Assembly (NCBI GenBank): GCA_907165135.1
Contig: OU015568.1
Location: 1,054,001 to 1,118,000 of the forward strand
DNA: 64,000 nt
Direction of reading: 5' to 3'
DNA from: Oikopleura dioica
Taxonomy: Eukaryota; Animalia; Chordata
The notes beneath the pieces are model-generated. The model did not search any database. It was not told where the DNA came from and saw only the letters and a list, made by a program, of their open reading frames with translations. Shown piece by piece: positions 1 to 12,004 of this stretch (position 1 is the first letter of the stretch; the number at the start of each line of letters is the position of its first letter). Both the position numbers and the translations under genes were made by a program.

Positions 1-902
1 CTCCGGGTTTATGAGCTTGACATTTGAATCGACAGACGAGGAATCTGATGGCTTGGTGATTTGGGAGGAATTTGTGGGTTGGACAGGGCCAGGGCCAAGG
101 ACTGTTGAGGCTTCGGAGATTTGAGAGGGCTCTTCTGGGATGGGAATAAATTCCTTTTTTGGGTTTGTTTTTATATTTTTATTTGAAAAATTAACACTAA
201 AAAAATTATCTACTAAAAACCATAAACTTATTCTGAATTTATAAATTTGGAATTTTTTATCTCACTGATATAATATCAGTCTTTATTGAATCAATTATAT
301 AATTTCTTTTTTTAGAAATATTCGCGTCGACAATCGTCTGAGTGCAGAAAACCATTGGTAGCGATTTTACATTACGAGTAAATTTTTATAAAAAAGAAAC
401 CCTGACAATCGACTTTTTCTCGCTCTCTTGACCTTCAAAATCGTGTCCTCGCTCTTTTCAGGAATTGGCGGAGGCAGTTCTTTTTCGAATTTCTCTTGAT
501 CTTGCTGAATCAGCAGATTGTCTAGCGACTCAAATTTCGGCTCTTGAATTTCTTCCATGTCTTCGTCTTGAATACTTTCGATTTCTGAGATGGTTCCAGA
601 GTCAGAATCGTCGATAGTTTTTGTGGGTTCAGTTTCGTAGTCGAAGATTTTTCGGATCGACTTTCTTTCTAAAAAAAATATCAGAGGTGTTCCCCTTAAT
701 TTCATTTTTTACCCTTTCGTTTTAAAGTTCCGCTTCTTCCAATTTCATGAATAATTTGGCTCATCAAACTATCCTCATCGCTTTCCTCGATTTCTTCCTC
801 TAGAAAATTTTCCCTCTCCATTCGAAAACGAAAAAATCCTCTGACGAGCCTTAGAGCCCTCTTTTTTGTACTAATACCTGGCGCGCGCCTTGTTTTCCCC
901 AC
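1..902 (-). CDS. Unknown acidic/Pro-Ser-rich protein, multi-exon, runs off the left edge
   Basis: Consecutive minus-strand ORFs 702-902 and 367-705 plus an open exon at 1-160 (EFIPIPEEPSQISEAS...). No recognisable domain, and the start is not established. Confidence 0.4.
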
Positions 903-1079
903 AGATCAGAAGAAACAATAAAACTGCTCGTAATAGAGCACTTAGTACTAATCAAAGGTTTTACACCTGCTCGCGCGGCGATTGTTCCGCTTCTCAAGGA
1001 AAGAAATGCGAAAGATGCTCTGAAGAAAACGAATGCTGCCGTTTATTGCACTGATAACTTATGAGTGAACTTGAGAAAC

Positions 1080-3199
1080 TCAGATTTTAAAGTCTTTTCG
1101 GACAGCGTAGCCGGGCCCCTTGCATTCGGGGACGGTGATTGGGAAAAACTTTGAAAAGGTTAAAATTTCATTTTTCCTCCTCTGATTGGTCGAAATTCTC
1201 GATTATTTTTTCTGATTGGTTCAAAGTAGGAAATTCTCTATTTCTTCGTCGCAACCAATCAAAAGTAAGTAGACGCTTTCGACCAATAAAAAGCGTGAAT
1301 TTCTTTTCAACCCTTTTCCTGATCATCATCAAAATTGCTGTCAAGAGAGACGGCAATCTCATAATCTCCCGGCGCCAAAAGTCTGAAATACTCTCCATTC
1401 TTCGTAACAGTAATTCCATGCGAATTTCCCTTGATGACGACCACCGCTCCAGTCGCCGGTGCACCAGTTTGCGCGTCAACGACGAGTCCGTAAACGCCGC
1501 AGTGTACCTTTTAATTTTGTATTCAAAGTAGGAAGTTCGCGACGCGCCTTTAAAAATTAATCTACCTTTGACATAAAAGCGAGGAGCGCGTTTTTGTTTT
1601 CTCCCCAGTAGGTCGGCAGCGTGTCTTCTTTTGGAAACTTGTCGCAGCCAAGTTCAAGGGTGATTTCGAAGCAGTTCGAGGCGAGGTAGTTGAAGTCCTG
1701 CATGCCGCCCGGGACGGAGTACCAGTCTGCTCCGTTGGTAATTCCGTTCTAAAAGTCTTTGAAACATGGAAATCAAGGAAGAAGCCTACCGCAAATTTCT
1801 CCCCCGGATCGCAGGCTTGTCCCTTTTTGCTCATTCTCGTATGCGCCATTGAATAAGAACTGGCCAAGTAACGGAAAGTCGAATCATCAGGCGATTCTAG
1901 ACAGAAAATTAAACTCCTTCGTTCCCCTCTCTTCTCTGATTACTTTGATAGTGACCCATTTCTTGACCATTGCACGAAGCGTCATAAGGATAATTGGCGA
2001 CCAAATCCCCTCCGTGCAGATTTGCGGAGAGCACGAACTTGTGTCGCAAGATCCAGTTCATGACAGCTTCGGTTTCGGGCTGACGTTCTTCGGTTTCTCC
2101 AGCGCGTTTGGTAAGAGCACTTTCGAGAATCGAGAAAATCCAATAAAAACCATACTCTTGATTTTTCTATCGCAAATTTAGTTATTACTGTCAGTAATAG
2201 TTTGAAGTGTTAACGTAATAAAAATTTTTTGTACTATGCATCAAACACGGTTTAAAACATTTTATTAACTAATAAAAAACGTTTATCACATGTATCTGTG
2301 TTACCATGAAATCGAAAATTGATAACTTGGACAATATTCAAGATGAATTGTTGATCTCGATTCATTCCTGTAAACATCTTTGGAGAAGCTCTCCGGATAT
2401 TCTTGAAAGATAGATCTTGCCAACATCGCTGATCGTTGTTCCCGTCGGAAGTCCATGACTCGACTGAATTAAAACAGTAATTGCCTCTTATAACAACTGA
2501 ATCTGTACCTGAGATGATCAGTTCGCTGGCCATTTGGAATCTGACAGGCTGTCGCATCAAGATCTGGAAAATTCCTGTTCAAATCCTGACCATTGGCGTT
2601 TGCGCGACCATATGTGTACGGCTTTGGCTCTCTACAATATGCTTAGCATAAGTTATTACATTCATTCTAACCTAGGATAGTTAAGCGCTGCTTCGTATCC
2701 ATCGGGGTTCATTGACGGGAGCAAATGAATTCGAGTTGTATTCATCAGTAATTGAATTTCTTGGTTGCCAGCCTTGTATTCTTGACACATGTAGTGAGCC
2801 AGCCAGAGGAGGAGCTCTTTTCCAACTACTTCGTTTCCATGCATATTCGCCACATATTTAAAATCTGGCTTCAAAAGCTAAAAAGGCAGATTAACGCCAA
2901 CTGCTCTCTTCTATGTCTTCAAAAGCTCTTACCTGATCTTGACCGGGAGTAGATCCAAGCTCCAAAACAAGCAGGTCCCGCCCTTGAACCGACTTTCCGA
3001 TTGAATAAAGTCGCGATTGCTCTTGAATACTGATTACTCAAAATATCAATAGAAGGGAAGAACCTGGGCATAAGTTGTTCACGAGGCGAAGATACTCCTT
3101 CATCTCCCGGTAGGAATGATGGCGCATGTCCAAATAGGACTGACCCATCGCCAGCTGGACGAAAAGGCTCAAACATATTCCGATGATTCCACGGCCCAT
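1080..3199 (-). CDS. Metallocarboxypeptidase, M14B (CPE/CPD/CPN/CPM-like) with C-terminal transthyretin-like domain
   Basis: Spliced reading: [19 protein letters not shown] signal, [39 protein letters not shown] (Zn His/Glu), [67 protein letters not shown]. Stop at 1080-1082, then AATAAA. Confidence 0.93.
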
Positions 3200-3673
3200 T
3201 TTGAGCGGTTTCCGATTTCTGAAGGAAAGTTTTTTCTCGAATTTTCTTTTGGAAATTAAAAAAATAAAGTTTCAAAAATTATTATTAAATTTTTATTAAA
3301 TATATATTAAATTATATAAAATTATTATCTTCACAACAAAAAGGGCTTCAAATTCTTTCTCATAAGCTAAAATACAGTATTTCTCTCTGATATTCTCACG
3401 CTCTTGTAATGAAAAAGGGACGAGAACGGGTATATAACTAGGGAAAACGAGGTTGATCAAGTAAAATGGAGGAAAATCGATTCTTCTCCTATTTGAGGCA
3501 GCTCAGTGCCATTACCAATTCATGCAGCTACGTATGCGTCCGCCTCCGATTTCACAACTTTACATATACTAATGCATCGGAGATATTATCTGCAGTACGC
3601 TTTCAATTTTTATTGAGCATTGTATTCAGACACTAGGACTCTTTATTAATGTCTGTATCAAACGAAAAAAAAT

Positions 3674-4830
3674 TCAGCAGTTTTGTTTTTTCATGAAAAA
3701 GTTCTTCGCTTTTCTTGCAGATCCGGTGATTTTTCGAAAGAGTTTGCCTCGTCTGTCACATGCAAAGTTCGCAGCAAAACTGTTGATTGCGTCGCTAAGT
3801 TGCCCAATCGCATCGCAAAAGTTGTCAGACTCAAATTCAGTTGCGATTTGCTGCTTTGATGAAAAGCCATTGTTTTTGTAGCAAGGATCTTCGAAGGTTG
3901 ATGATTCGAATTTGGTCAGGACTTGCGTCATTTTGGTTGTAAATCGTTTCTTTTTTAAGAAAATAAATAAAAAATAACAAATGAAAAATTAATTCATTAC
4001 CTTGAATTTGTTTTCTGGAAGATTGCCGATGATTCTCTAAAAGAACTTTTATTTTCTCTTGAAGAAAAGTCAACTAGACCTGTATTTCTTTTTGAAAAAT
4101 GTCGAAATAATACTTTGGGTCAAGAGGCACGACTCGCAAACTAAAGCCTTGGTTCTTTTTGTTCGGAGGCCAACTGCTGTAAAGATATTTGTTTGAGTTA
4201 AAACTCAAATAAGCATATCCGCCATTGACAACAAATGGGCTCTTAGGAGGGATACTCTTATATTTTTTATTACATTGATAAAATTATAAAACCTTCAATT
4301 ATAATTCATGAATTATAAATATCCCTAGTCGGAAAACCTTTGTTGGTTGTAGTAACATGCCAATGATGTCTTTTTTCAGGAGATTCGGAGAGTATTTCTT
4401 CCTCATTAGTTCTCGCATCGCCTTAGAAAATAGCAATTATAGTTATTTAAAGATTTATATTTTGAAAACCTTCAAGTGTCGAAACAGAGTTTGATCCGCA
4501 ATAGAAATCTTTAGTTTCTGGGTTTAGGTCATTTATGTAAAAATAGTCAAATTTACATCGATAATTTGACTTTTCAATTTCAAAATAATCCATGATGATT
4601 TCGAAAGGATAACCTAGGTCGATTATCCAGTCGCAAAGTGCCGATTTCGGATAGTTATCGGGGAAGTTTGGAGATGTTATTGTCTGCGGCGATGTGATGT
4701 TTCCTCCACAGTCGACAAACCAGCCTTCTGACCCTGTTGTTCGCGTTCCGTAAGCTGACGTTGACCATGTTGTATATATTGGCCATGTTCTGGGTGGAAC
4801 GGTAGTTGATGTTTCAAACTCAGTTGTCAA
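3674..4830 (-). CDS. CUB-domain extracellular protein with Thr-rich linker
   Basis: CGGNITSPQTITSPNFPDNYPKSALCDWII...CKFDYFYI...YCG is a typical CUB. The CUB C-terminal part (YLSFNSNK...NQGFSLRVV) is in an exon near 4120-4250, and a Cys-containing last exon lies at 3674-3931. True start not resolved. Confidence 0.75.
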
Positions 4831-4909
4831 ATGATTCCCGAGAATGCCAGGTATTAGATAATGATACTGAACGCATAAAATAAACGAATGAAAACAGGAG
4901 ATTCTCGAT

Positions 4910-5348
4910 ATGCCTACTCCAATTTCAATAAAAATGAAAATTCTTCATACCCTCCCCCTAAGTTCACGCGTATTTATCGGTATTTGCCGAAAATCACGCT
5001 TCTTAACTTTCCCCGAGCCCCCGAAGTTCACGCTTCCTCATTTTCCCCGTGCTCCTAAAATAAGTTGTCCTTACTTTCCTGCGTGCCCCGAAGTTTTCGC
5101 TTGCAACGCTGATTGGCGTTTCTGGCAGTGCCGACGAATTTTCGCCATTCAGCGCTGTAAGCGGGAACTTGGGGGAACGCTGGAAAGTTAGGAGAAGTAA
5201 CTTTGGGAGCGCGGGGAAAACGTGGAACCGTCAACTTCGGGGGCTCTGGGAAAGTAAGGAAGCGTGATTTTGGGGGTAAATAGGAATTGCGCGAGAACTT
5301 TGGGGTGGGGTATGCTATCAAATTTTCTTTTTCAAAATTTACCTTCAT
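4910..5348. repeat. Imperfect ~440-bp palindrome (fold-back) with internal ~33-nt tandem periodicity
   Basis: 4991-5120 aligns without gaps to the reverse complement of 5135-5270. Looser similarity extends to about 4910 and 5348. Centre near 5127 (GGC AGT GCC). Confidence 0.9.
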
Positions 5349-5800
5349 GCTCGCTGTCTTTTTCTCTTTTGAGGGTCCTCAAATCGCTTTAAACATCTGC
5401 ACCCAAGTGCATTTGAAACTTGAAACGATTAAGAAGGTCGCCTAAAGAAACTTTAATCATAGTTCTAAGTTGATCCCCTATTTCATTACGACACGGTATT
5501 GTCGATACCTAAGATCGAAAAGTTCAACATAGAACATTATTCCTAAGCTTGATGCAAGATTTATGCATTTTGCATTTCTGACGGTTGCTTAAAAGACAAA
5601 AGGAACCGCTGACATTGGCATTTACATTCGGAATCTGGATGAGATCGAATAGCAGTCATAATCATAAGTCGTTAAACCAAAACTTTACGACACTTTGTAT
5701 CGTATTCCGGCGCCTATCGCTTTGTTTTTGGTCTTCTCATCAAGAGTAGTCTCATCATTTTCGGACAAAGATAGAGAAACTCCAGAAAAGAAGGGCCAAG

Positions 5801-8199
5801 ATGGGGATGGAAGAGATGCAAGCAACCAATAAGTTCAGAAGACATCTGACCAGAGTGACGGCGTTTCTTCTTGGCGCTCTTGTCCGTGAGTAAAATTCAA
5901 AGAAAATATTATTATACAAAAGCGAGCATTGTTTATAAACAAAATACTATCTTCTAAAATAATAGTATTTAATTTCTAAATTCAATTATAAATATCTTAA
6001 TTATAAATATGAACTTCGGTTTTTCGCGATTTAACTCAGCTAGTGCCATAAAATCGTAAAAAAAAGGGAACTTTGATAGTGGCTGGGATATGCGGATGAC
6101 GTTTGACAAAAGAAAATTACTGGCTGGCTAAGCTTTCGTCTATTTATGACGGCGAATAGAAGAATATTTCTGAAAAAGAATCCATTGAAAAGCTTTTTAT
6201 GTTCAAGATCTCTAATTTTTGATATGTGTTGTTTACTGCCAGTAAACTTTACTGGTATGATACCAGTGGTATCCTAGGTCTCGAAATCCGGGTGCTTTCG
6301 CTGTGGCGGGAGAGTGATGGCGCCCTCGCTGCCTCCGCGCGCTGGAGGAAATCGAAAATTCGCCGCGAATAATCGGAGGCGGATCCGAAAAATTCGCCGC
6401 GGCGGGATTTGTGCCTAGCGCGAAGGGGGTTGTGCGGGGAGTCGCGCGGGGCGATGCGAGTCGTGTGCTCGGGCAGCGAGTAGTGCGCTAAGAAGGCAAG
6501 CCGCGCGCTTAGGCTTCTAAGATTTAACTAAGCTTATGGAAAACTTTATGGAAGGTTTAAGAATTGGTAGGCTTAAGAATTCCTCTAAAATGGAGCGATT
6601 TTTCACCCAAGTTTTCCAGGCCACCTGCTAATTTTTCTTCTCAAAAAGTCTTAGCGAAAATGAACCTACTACTTCCGGGAAATCACCCGGTGTTATTTGC
6701 ATCTGATCCCGAGTACTGGGTCATAGTAAGCACCCACCGAGATTTTGGCGCGCCCTAATGCTTTTTGGGCTCCCTGCGCGTTGCGTAAAGCACTAGTGCG
6801 CTGTCAGTTTCACTCTCTTATCTGACGATTTCGCACGAGAGGAAGAACCAGGAAAATTTATCTTTTGGAGGCAGCAAGAAAAGTTTCTGATAAACAGATG
6901 TAGACGTGCTCTACATGATTTACCTCTTCGAAAAGTTAATTTTGAGTTTTCATTATTGAAGTTTTTTGCCAAATCATTTTCAATATTCGGAATCAGCAGG
7001 TTAAATAACGTATTCGTATAAAAAACATAAGAACACTACGTTATATTTCGACCCCCTGGGAATGAGAAAGAGGGGCTCTCGCGTTCCTAAAAGACCCTTG
7101 CCCCAGGAAAGCGCGCGAATCGCGCCCTATTTGCATGTTTGGGCGCCCGCTCGCTGAAACCTGAAAGTGAGAAAATCTGCCTCGAGCGCGTTTGTGCGGC
7201 AATTTTTCTCCTCCGCTCCCGCCGCGGCAGTGCGCGCGCCACCACTTTCCCGCCACAGCGAAAGCACCCGGATTTCGAGACCTAGGTGGTATCAATATTT
7301 CTACTGAAAAGTATTATTCTAGCATCTAAACTTGAAATCATCTTACGAAAATAATTAAGTCGGAATCGTCTGCCTTGGCTACGATGCCCATGTTCTCAGT
7401 GCTCTTCCATCAACCGTTTCTGCTGTCAATAAGTGAGTATCAAGAAGGATCGTTCTTTTTAGAAATACCCTCAAATGGGCCCCAAACATGATGTTTTCGG
7501 GAACACTTAAGTATTTAAAAGAGCAAACGTGCGGTTCTGATGCGGCAACAAGCTTTTTGGAACATATATTTCAGAAAATTTAATTTGAAATATTCTTCTA
7601 GGTGCTCTTGGGATACATTCATAGTCTACGTCAAAGTCTTCGTCGCCATGGATGCCATTGCCGTCGCTTTCATTCTCCTCTCCTTCCTCGGCGGCTGCCT
7701 CCTTAGCCGAAACACTACTGGTCAATTCGCTCAAGCCAAACGAATGAAATTTATCAAAGTTCTCATCGGTACTCTTCCTTGATTTCAACTGCACGAATTA
7801 AAAATGTTTAGTTTTGACCGCTTTTGCTCTTGCCGCTGATATCGTCGCCGAAATCATCCGAATCTTGTTCTTCGCAAATCTCCTTGGCTGGGAATATGAA
7901 AATACCTGGGATTGTGCCGTCCCAATGTGTAAGCTTTTAGAAATCTTCAACTCTTCCTTTTGAGATAAATAATTGTAGTTGACATCACGAACACGATCCA
8001 AAGTGGTGCTGGAAGAGCCCTTGTTGCCAGAATTCAGACCGATCTTTGGTGGTTCTACCCCTTTACAACTTTCGTCTGTGGATTTGGTAAGTTAAAATTC
8101 CACAATCTCTTCTTAATCCTCTATTCAGCCGCCTTTGTTCTCCGAGCACTCGCCTTCGCCAGAGCTTTCCACATGCTCAAGGCGAACAAGGTTGCTTAA
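5801..8199 (+). CDS. Four-pass membrane protein of unknown family
   Basis: Exons join in frame via GT-AG introns: MGMEEMQ...FLLGALV/LGIVCLGYDAH...; CSWDTFIVYVKVFVAMDAIAVAFILLSFLGGCLL; VLTAFALAADIVAEIIRILFF; DLWWFYPFTTFVCGF/AAFVLRALAF...KVA*. Four hydrophobic segments. Intron 1 (5886-7359) holds the 6273-7286 element. Confidence 0.6.
6273..7286. mobile_element. Non-autonomous DNA transposon (MITE-like, ~1.0 kb, GC-rich subterminal regions)
   Basis: ~50-bp TIR CCTAGGTCTCGAAATCCGGGTGCTTTCGCTGTGGCGGG at both ends. Flanks fit either a TA duplication (ccTA|GGTCTCG...CGAGACC|TAgg) or a 6-bp TGGTAT duplication (6267-6272 / 7287-7292). No transposase ORF. Confidence 0.85.
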
Positions 8200-8778
8200 A
8201 CTGGGAAGCGATAACTTCGAACATTTTTTTTATAAAGTTGTTTTCTTGTTACTGTAAAAACTTTGGCTATGCATGAACTTACCATTCTAACACGATAAAT
8301 AAATTATATAAACTGTATTTCTCGACTCTTCTGTTTATATTCTCGCAAAACTCCTCGTTATTTTCTCTGCAGAAATCAATTTCTGAAGGAGAATCTGAAA
8401 TATAGCAAGCGAATAAATACAGTAATGACCCATTACTAATGGGCAATTAAAATTAATCCTTTCTTTTATCACTTGATCGCCTAAAGAACCATCTTAATCC
8501 TCTTTATCTCCACTTTAGAGCCCCTTTATTCATCTGTTCGCACTTTAGCAATACAGTAAAAGCGTCACTGTAGTTTATATCAGAACCCTTTAGGCTCGAA
8601 AGAGAGGCTAATCCGCCAAGACGAGCTGTGCCTATCTCCGAGCGAGAAATAAAAGCGGATAATGATATTAATGTATTCGCCAGAGCAACTTTTCTGGGCG
8701 ATATAAGGCTGAACTGAAACTCAAAATATACAAATTCAACTGTTGAAACAGTCAAATAAAAACACAATCATTTTAAAT

Positions 8779-9336
8779 ATGAAGCTTTTTGCTTTCTCAC
8801 TTGCTGTTATTGGCGCCAACGCTAGCTTCAATCCCTTTGGACAAGGTAATCTTGATTGATTCGGAAAAAAAATTTTAGATGAAAAAATATTTGACCTTTT
8901 GAGTGACCATTTAAAATCCTTTCAAATTTATCTTTTCCGTAACAAAGCTTCATTTTCACCCCAATTTCAAGCTCATTCTCATCAAGTCAGAAGTGTTAGT
9001 GATTCTGAACCGGATTTTGACGATTTTATGCTTTCAATGAATGCAATGATCAATGATTTATCAAAGGGTAAAAATTTCTTTCTTCAAAGCAATACTTTAA
9101 TTGCTCTGATTTGCCTACAATCAAAAAAAGTTTGGAATCCAGACTGAAATAGGAATGATTATTTGCTCTTTTTTCTTTTTGCTGCCCATTTTTTAATAGA
9201 AAGTAACTTAGGTGGCCGAGTCCCAAGCTGGTTGGAGGACAACGGCACTGGAGTCTACAAACGATCGTCCGGCCGACCTGCGGGAACTGGATTTGACGAG
9301 GATGCTATTAAAGCTGCGTTCTTCCGAAATCTTTAA
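8779..9336 (+). CDS. Small secreted protein / possible peptide precursor
   Basis: MKLFAFSLAVIGANA signal-like exon ending at a GT donor (8847). The last exon after AG at 9211 reads GRVPSWLEDNGTGVYKRSSGRPAGTGFDEDAIKAAFFRNL*. A possible middle exon lies at about 8940-9067. Confidence 0.5.
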
Positions 9337-9381
9337 AAATCGTTGTTTATTCATGTTTCAATAAAGAGTCTTAGAAGCAGC

Positions 9382-11115
9382 TCATTTTTGTTTCTTCTTC
9401 TGTTTTGTTGTGAATAGTACTTTGGTGAATTCAAACCAGTCGTAGAAACAGTTGGATTGTTTGTAGTTGATGTTGAATTCTGCTAGTGTTATGCGGTAGG
9501 CAGGGATGAAATGTTGGAGAATCGAGCCATCAACTAATGAATCATGATTTTCTCCATCAGATTCTCGCAGATTACCTGTAGGAAAAAGATGATGCAATGT
9601 ATGATCTCCAAAAGCGCTTACAGCTATCGAATGAGAAGTATTATCCGAGGATGTCAACCACCTATCCACAATCGTGTCTACTTGCAACAGGCCCCAATCC
9701 GTGTCTTTTCGGCCTTGATGACCTTCGTAGAAATTCGAGGAGTGGTGGTGGATGCCAGGAAGTGATAGGAAGGCGAAAGTAAAACTGAGTTTTTTGAATA
9801 ATTTTTTGCGTTTTCGTACCTTAGAGTACCGTGAAAGACGAAAAAGAACCAAAGATAGCTCTCCTTATTGACCAGATAAAAACCGTAGAGCTCGAGAAAC
9901 GGAATCAAATCAACGAGCTCAAACTCATCTTCAGTAAACAATAAATTACTGATCCATCGTTTCAAAAAATCGATGAAAGTAACGGCTGTCAATAAGATCG
10001 GCTTTTGGCGGATTTTAAGGATTCAATTTCTTTTATATTTTTAAGACCTTAAAACCGTTCCAAGATGAATAGCGAGAAGATGTTGTAAAATAGACTCGTC
10101 GGTTTCGGCATCAGGTAGGCAAATGGCTCAAATTGGGTCACTTCTAGGTCAAGGCATGTGTTTGGGAAGGTATGATGAGACATGGCGTGCGATTGTCGCC
10201 ACCGTGTCGAAGACATCAGCGAGATGTCAAAAAAGCGCATGTGGAGGTTGTCTGATTGATGGAAGAAGTTGTGAGCGACGTTGACGGTCTTTTTTGGGGC
10301 TTTTTTGGAGAGAAAGAAAGAGAATATTTTCTCTTGTGATTTTCTCTGAGGGAAATCCTATCTTTAACCATATCGCTTATCCGTAAAAAGAAGCCCTTCA
10401 CAATGCGCCAAAAACACCCGCCACAACTATCCACCAAACTTGCCCCGTCTCCAAGCCAAGCGCGAGAAACAAAACCATGCAACTAAACCACGCATAAAGT
10501 GTCAAGTGAGTGGAGCTGACAGCCGATGCCCTTTTCGATTCTCTTCGATAAATTGGGAGAACCCGCGCACGCAGGCGGTTGTAAAAGCCATCCGCGGAGA
10601 ATGTCTGAAGATAATTTCAAATGAAAAATTCACATAATTTTGGAAAAAAACTATCAGCTAGTTCAGTTCAAATTATCTCTGATGAAACGTACATATTTTG
10701 AGTTTCTCGCAATCGTGGCATTCTTTACAAAGTATTTTTCTTTTCGGAGTTCTCAATTTTTCATTTTCAAAAACCGGAAAAATCTCGAAAATAATTTAAG
10801 AACTCGATTAAAATCAGATTTGCTTTTTCTATCTCAATATGATGGCTTTCAAAGAGCTCGGTGATATCTGTCCCTTGATTCTTCTCAATCCATATTTTTC
10901 CTCCAGGATGCTTATCGACAAACTCCGTCAGATCTTGAAAAATCTCCTTCCATTCAGAAAAATTTTCTTTTACCATAAAACTTGTCGTGAACTCGCCAAA
11001 GTTTCGCTGGAACTTTGTCGATTTCTCTCCGATTTTCAAACCACTCATTCAAAATGTCGATTCTTTGCAAATCCCGAACCGGGTATTTTTCAAATTTTGA
11101 TGTCTCTTTCATCAT
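9382..11115 (-). CDS. Cytochrome b5-related protein (cyt-b5 fused fatty-acid-desaturase-like)
   Basis: LWRVHD...FVDKHPGG...[12 protein letters not shown] (b5 heme motif). His boxes AHNFFH, HAMSHH and [10 protein letters not shown]. Confidence 0.88.
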
Positions 11116-11294
11116 GAAAAATTTAACTGGGAAATTTCATTTACAGATTTTGTTTGGCAGAGATACGCCTCTATTTGCATAATGCGTAGTTCTATTTATC
11201 AAAGTAGAGATTTTTTATTGCTGCATAGTTTTGAAACGGAAAGATACAAGTACATGTCAATTGTTGGAAAAATTTCAGGATAATAGATTTCACA

Positions 11295-12004
11295 TTAGGC
11301 GACGAGCATTTCGTAGTGCCCTCGATCTTTGATAGACTTTTCTCGATTCTCGTGGTAAGTTCCCATTTCCGCGATGGACATATTCGGCATGCAAGTCGTG
11401 AAAAAACAAATTTGGCAGTACGAGTGCTTGGGAACTGCATCGGTGATTTCATAAACTGCGCGAACTCGGCACTAGAATCGGCGTGAATAATGAGCAATGG
11501 AGATTGACTCACCATGTAAACGTAATAAACGACGACGAAAAAGAAGAAAGGGATGAAATACAAGTAAATCTTGTATTGAATGAAGAATTCAAGAGCTTCT
11601 GATGCATATCGGTTGTAGTAATGGAATGGTAGCTCGTAAAAGGTCGCATTATTTGTCAAAGAGTCGTGAACGATCAAGTCTTCGAATTCGAAGGGTTCGA
11701 AGAATACGTCAAAGTGGACCAGAACTAGAAAAGGGTGAGTCGTCGAAATGTCAATTTCGGTTTATTATCGAGAAAACAAGCACCACTCCACTTTTACTGA
11801 TCGTTAAAACTTACGAATAAATGTCACAATCAGCCCAATAGAGAACATAAACATCATCATCCAGAGCAAAATCGCAATGCACGGAAATTTCATTCCAATC
11901 TTTTTCGAAACGCTAAAAAGCGCACACGGCTGGCACCAAAAGGCGAAGCAACACCAATTGCAGCATGTGGTTGAGCAGCATTTCTGACTCTCTGAACTGT
12001 CCAT
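11295..12004 (-). CDS. PLAC8/cornifelin-like Cys-rich membrane protein with an inserted loop
   Basis: MDSSESQKCCSTTCCNWCCFAFWCQPCALFSVSKKIG, two hydrophobic stretches, then a spliced last exon CRVRAVYEITDAVPKHSYCQICFFTTCMPNMSIAEM. Confidence 0.6.

Noticed and set aside
10678-10693. 16-mer TCTGATGAAACGTACA identical to 29165-29180, resembling a hammerhead or C-box start
   Set aside because: No stem II plus GAAA core and no D box or terminal stem. One 16-mer match in an AT-rich 64 kb is about chance level.
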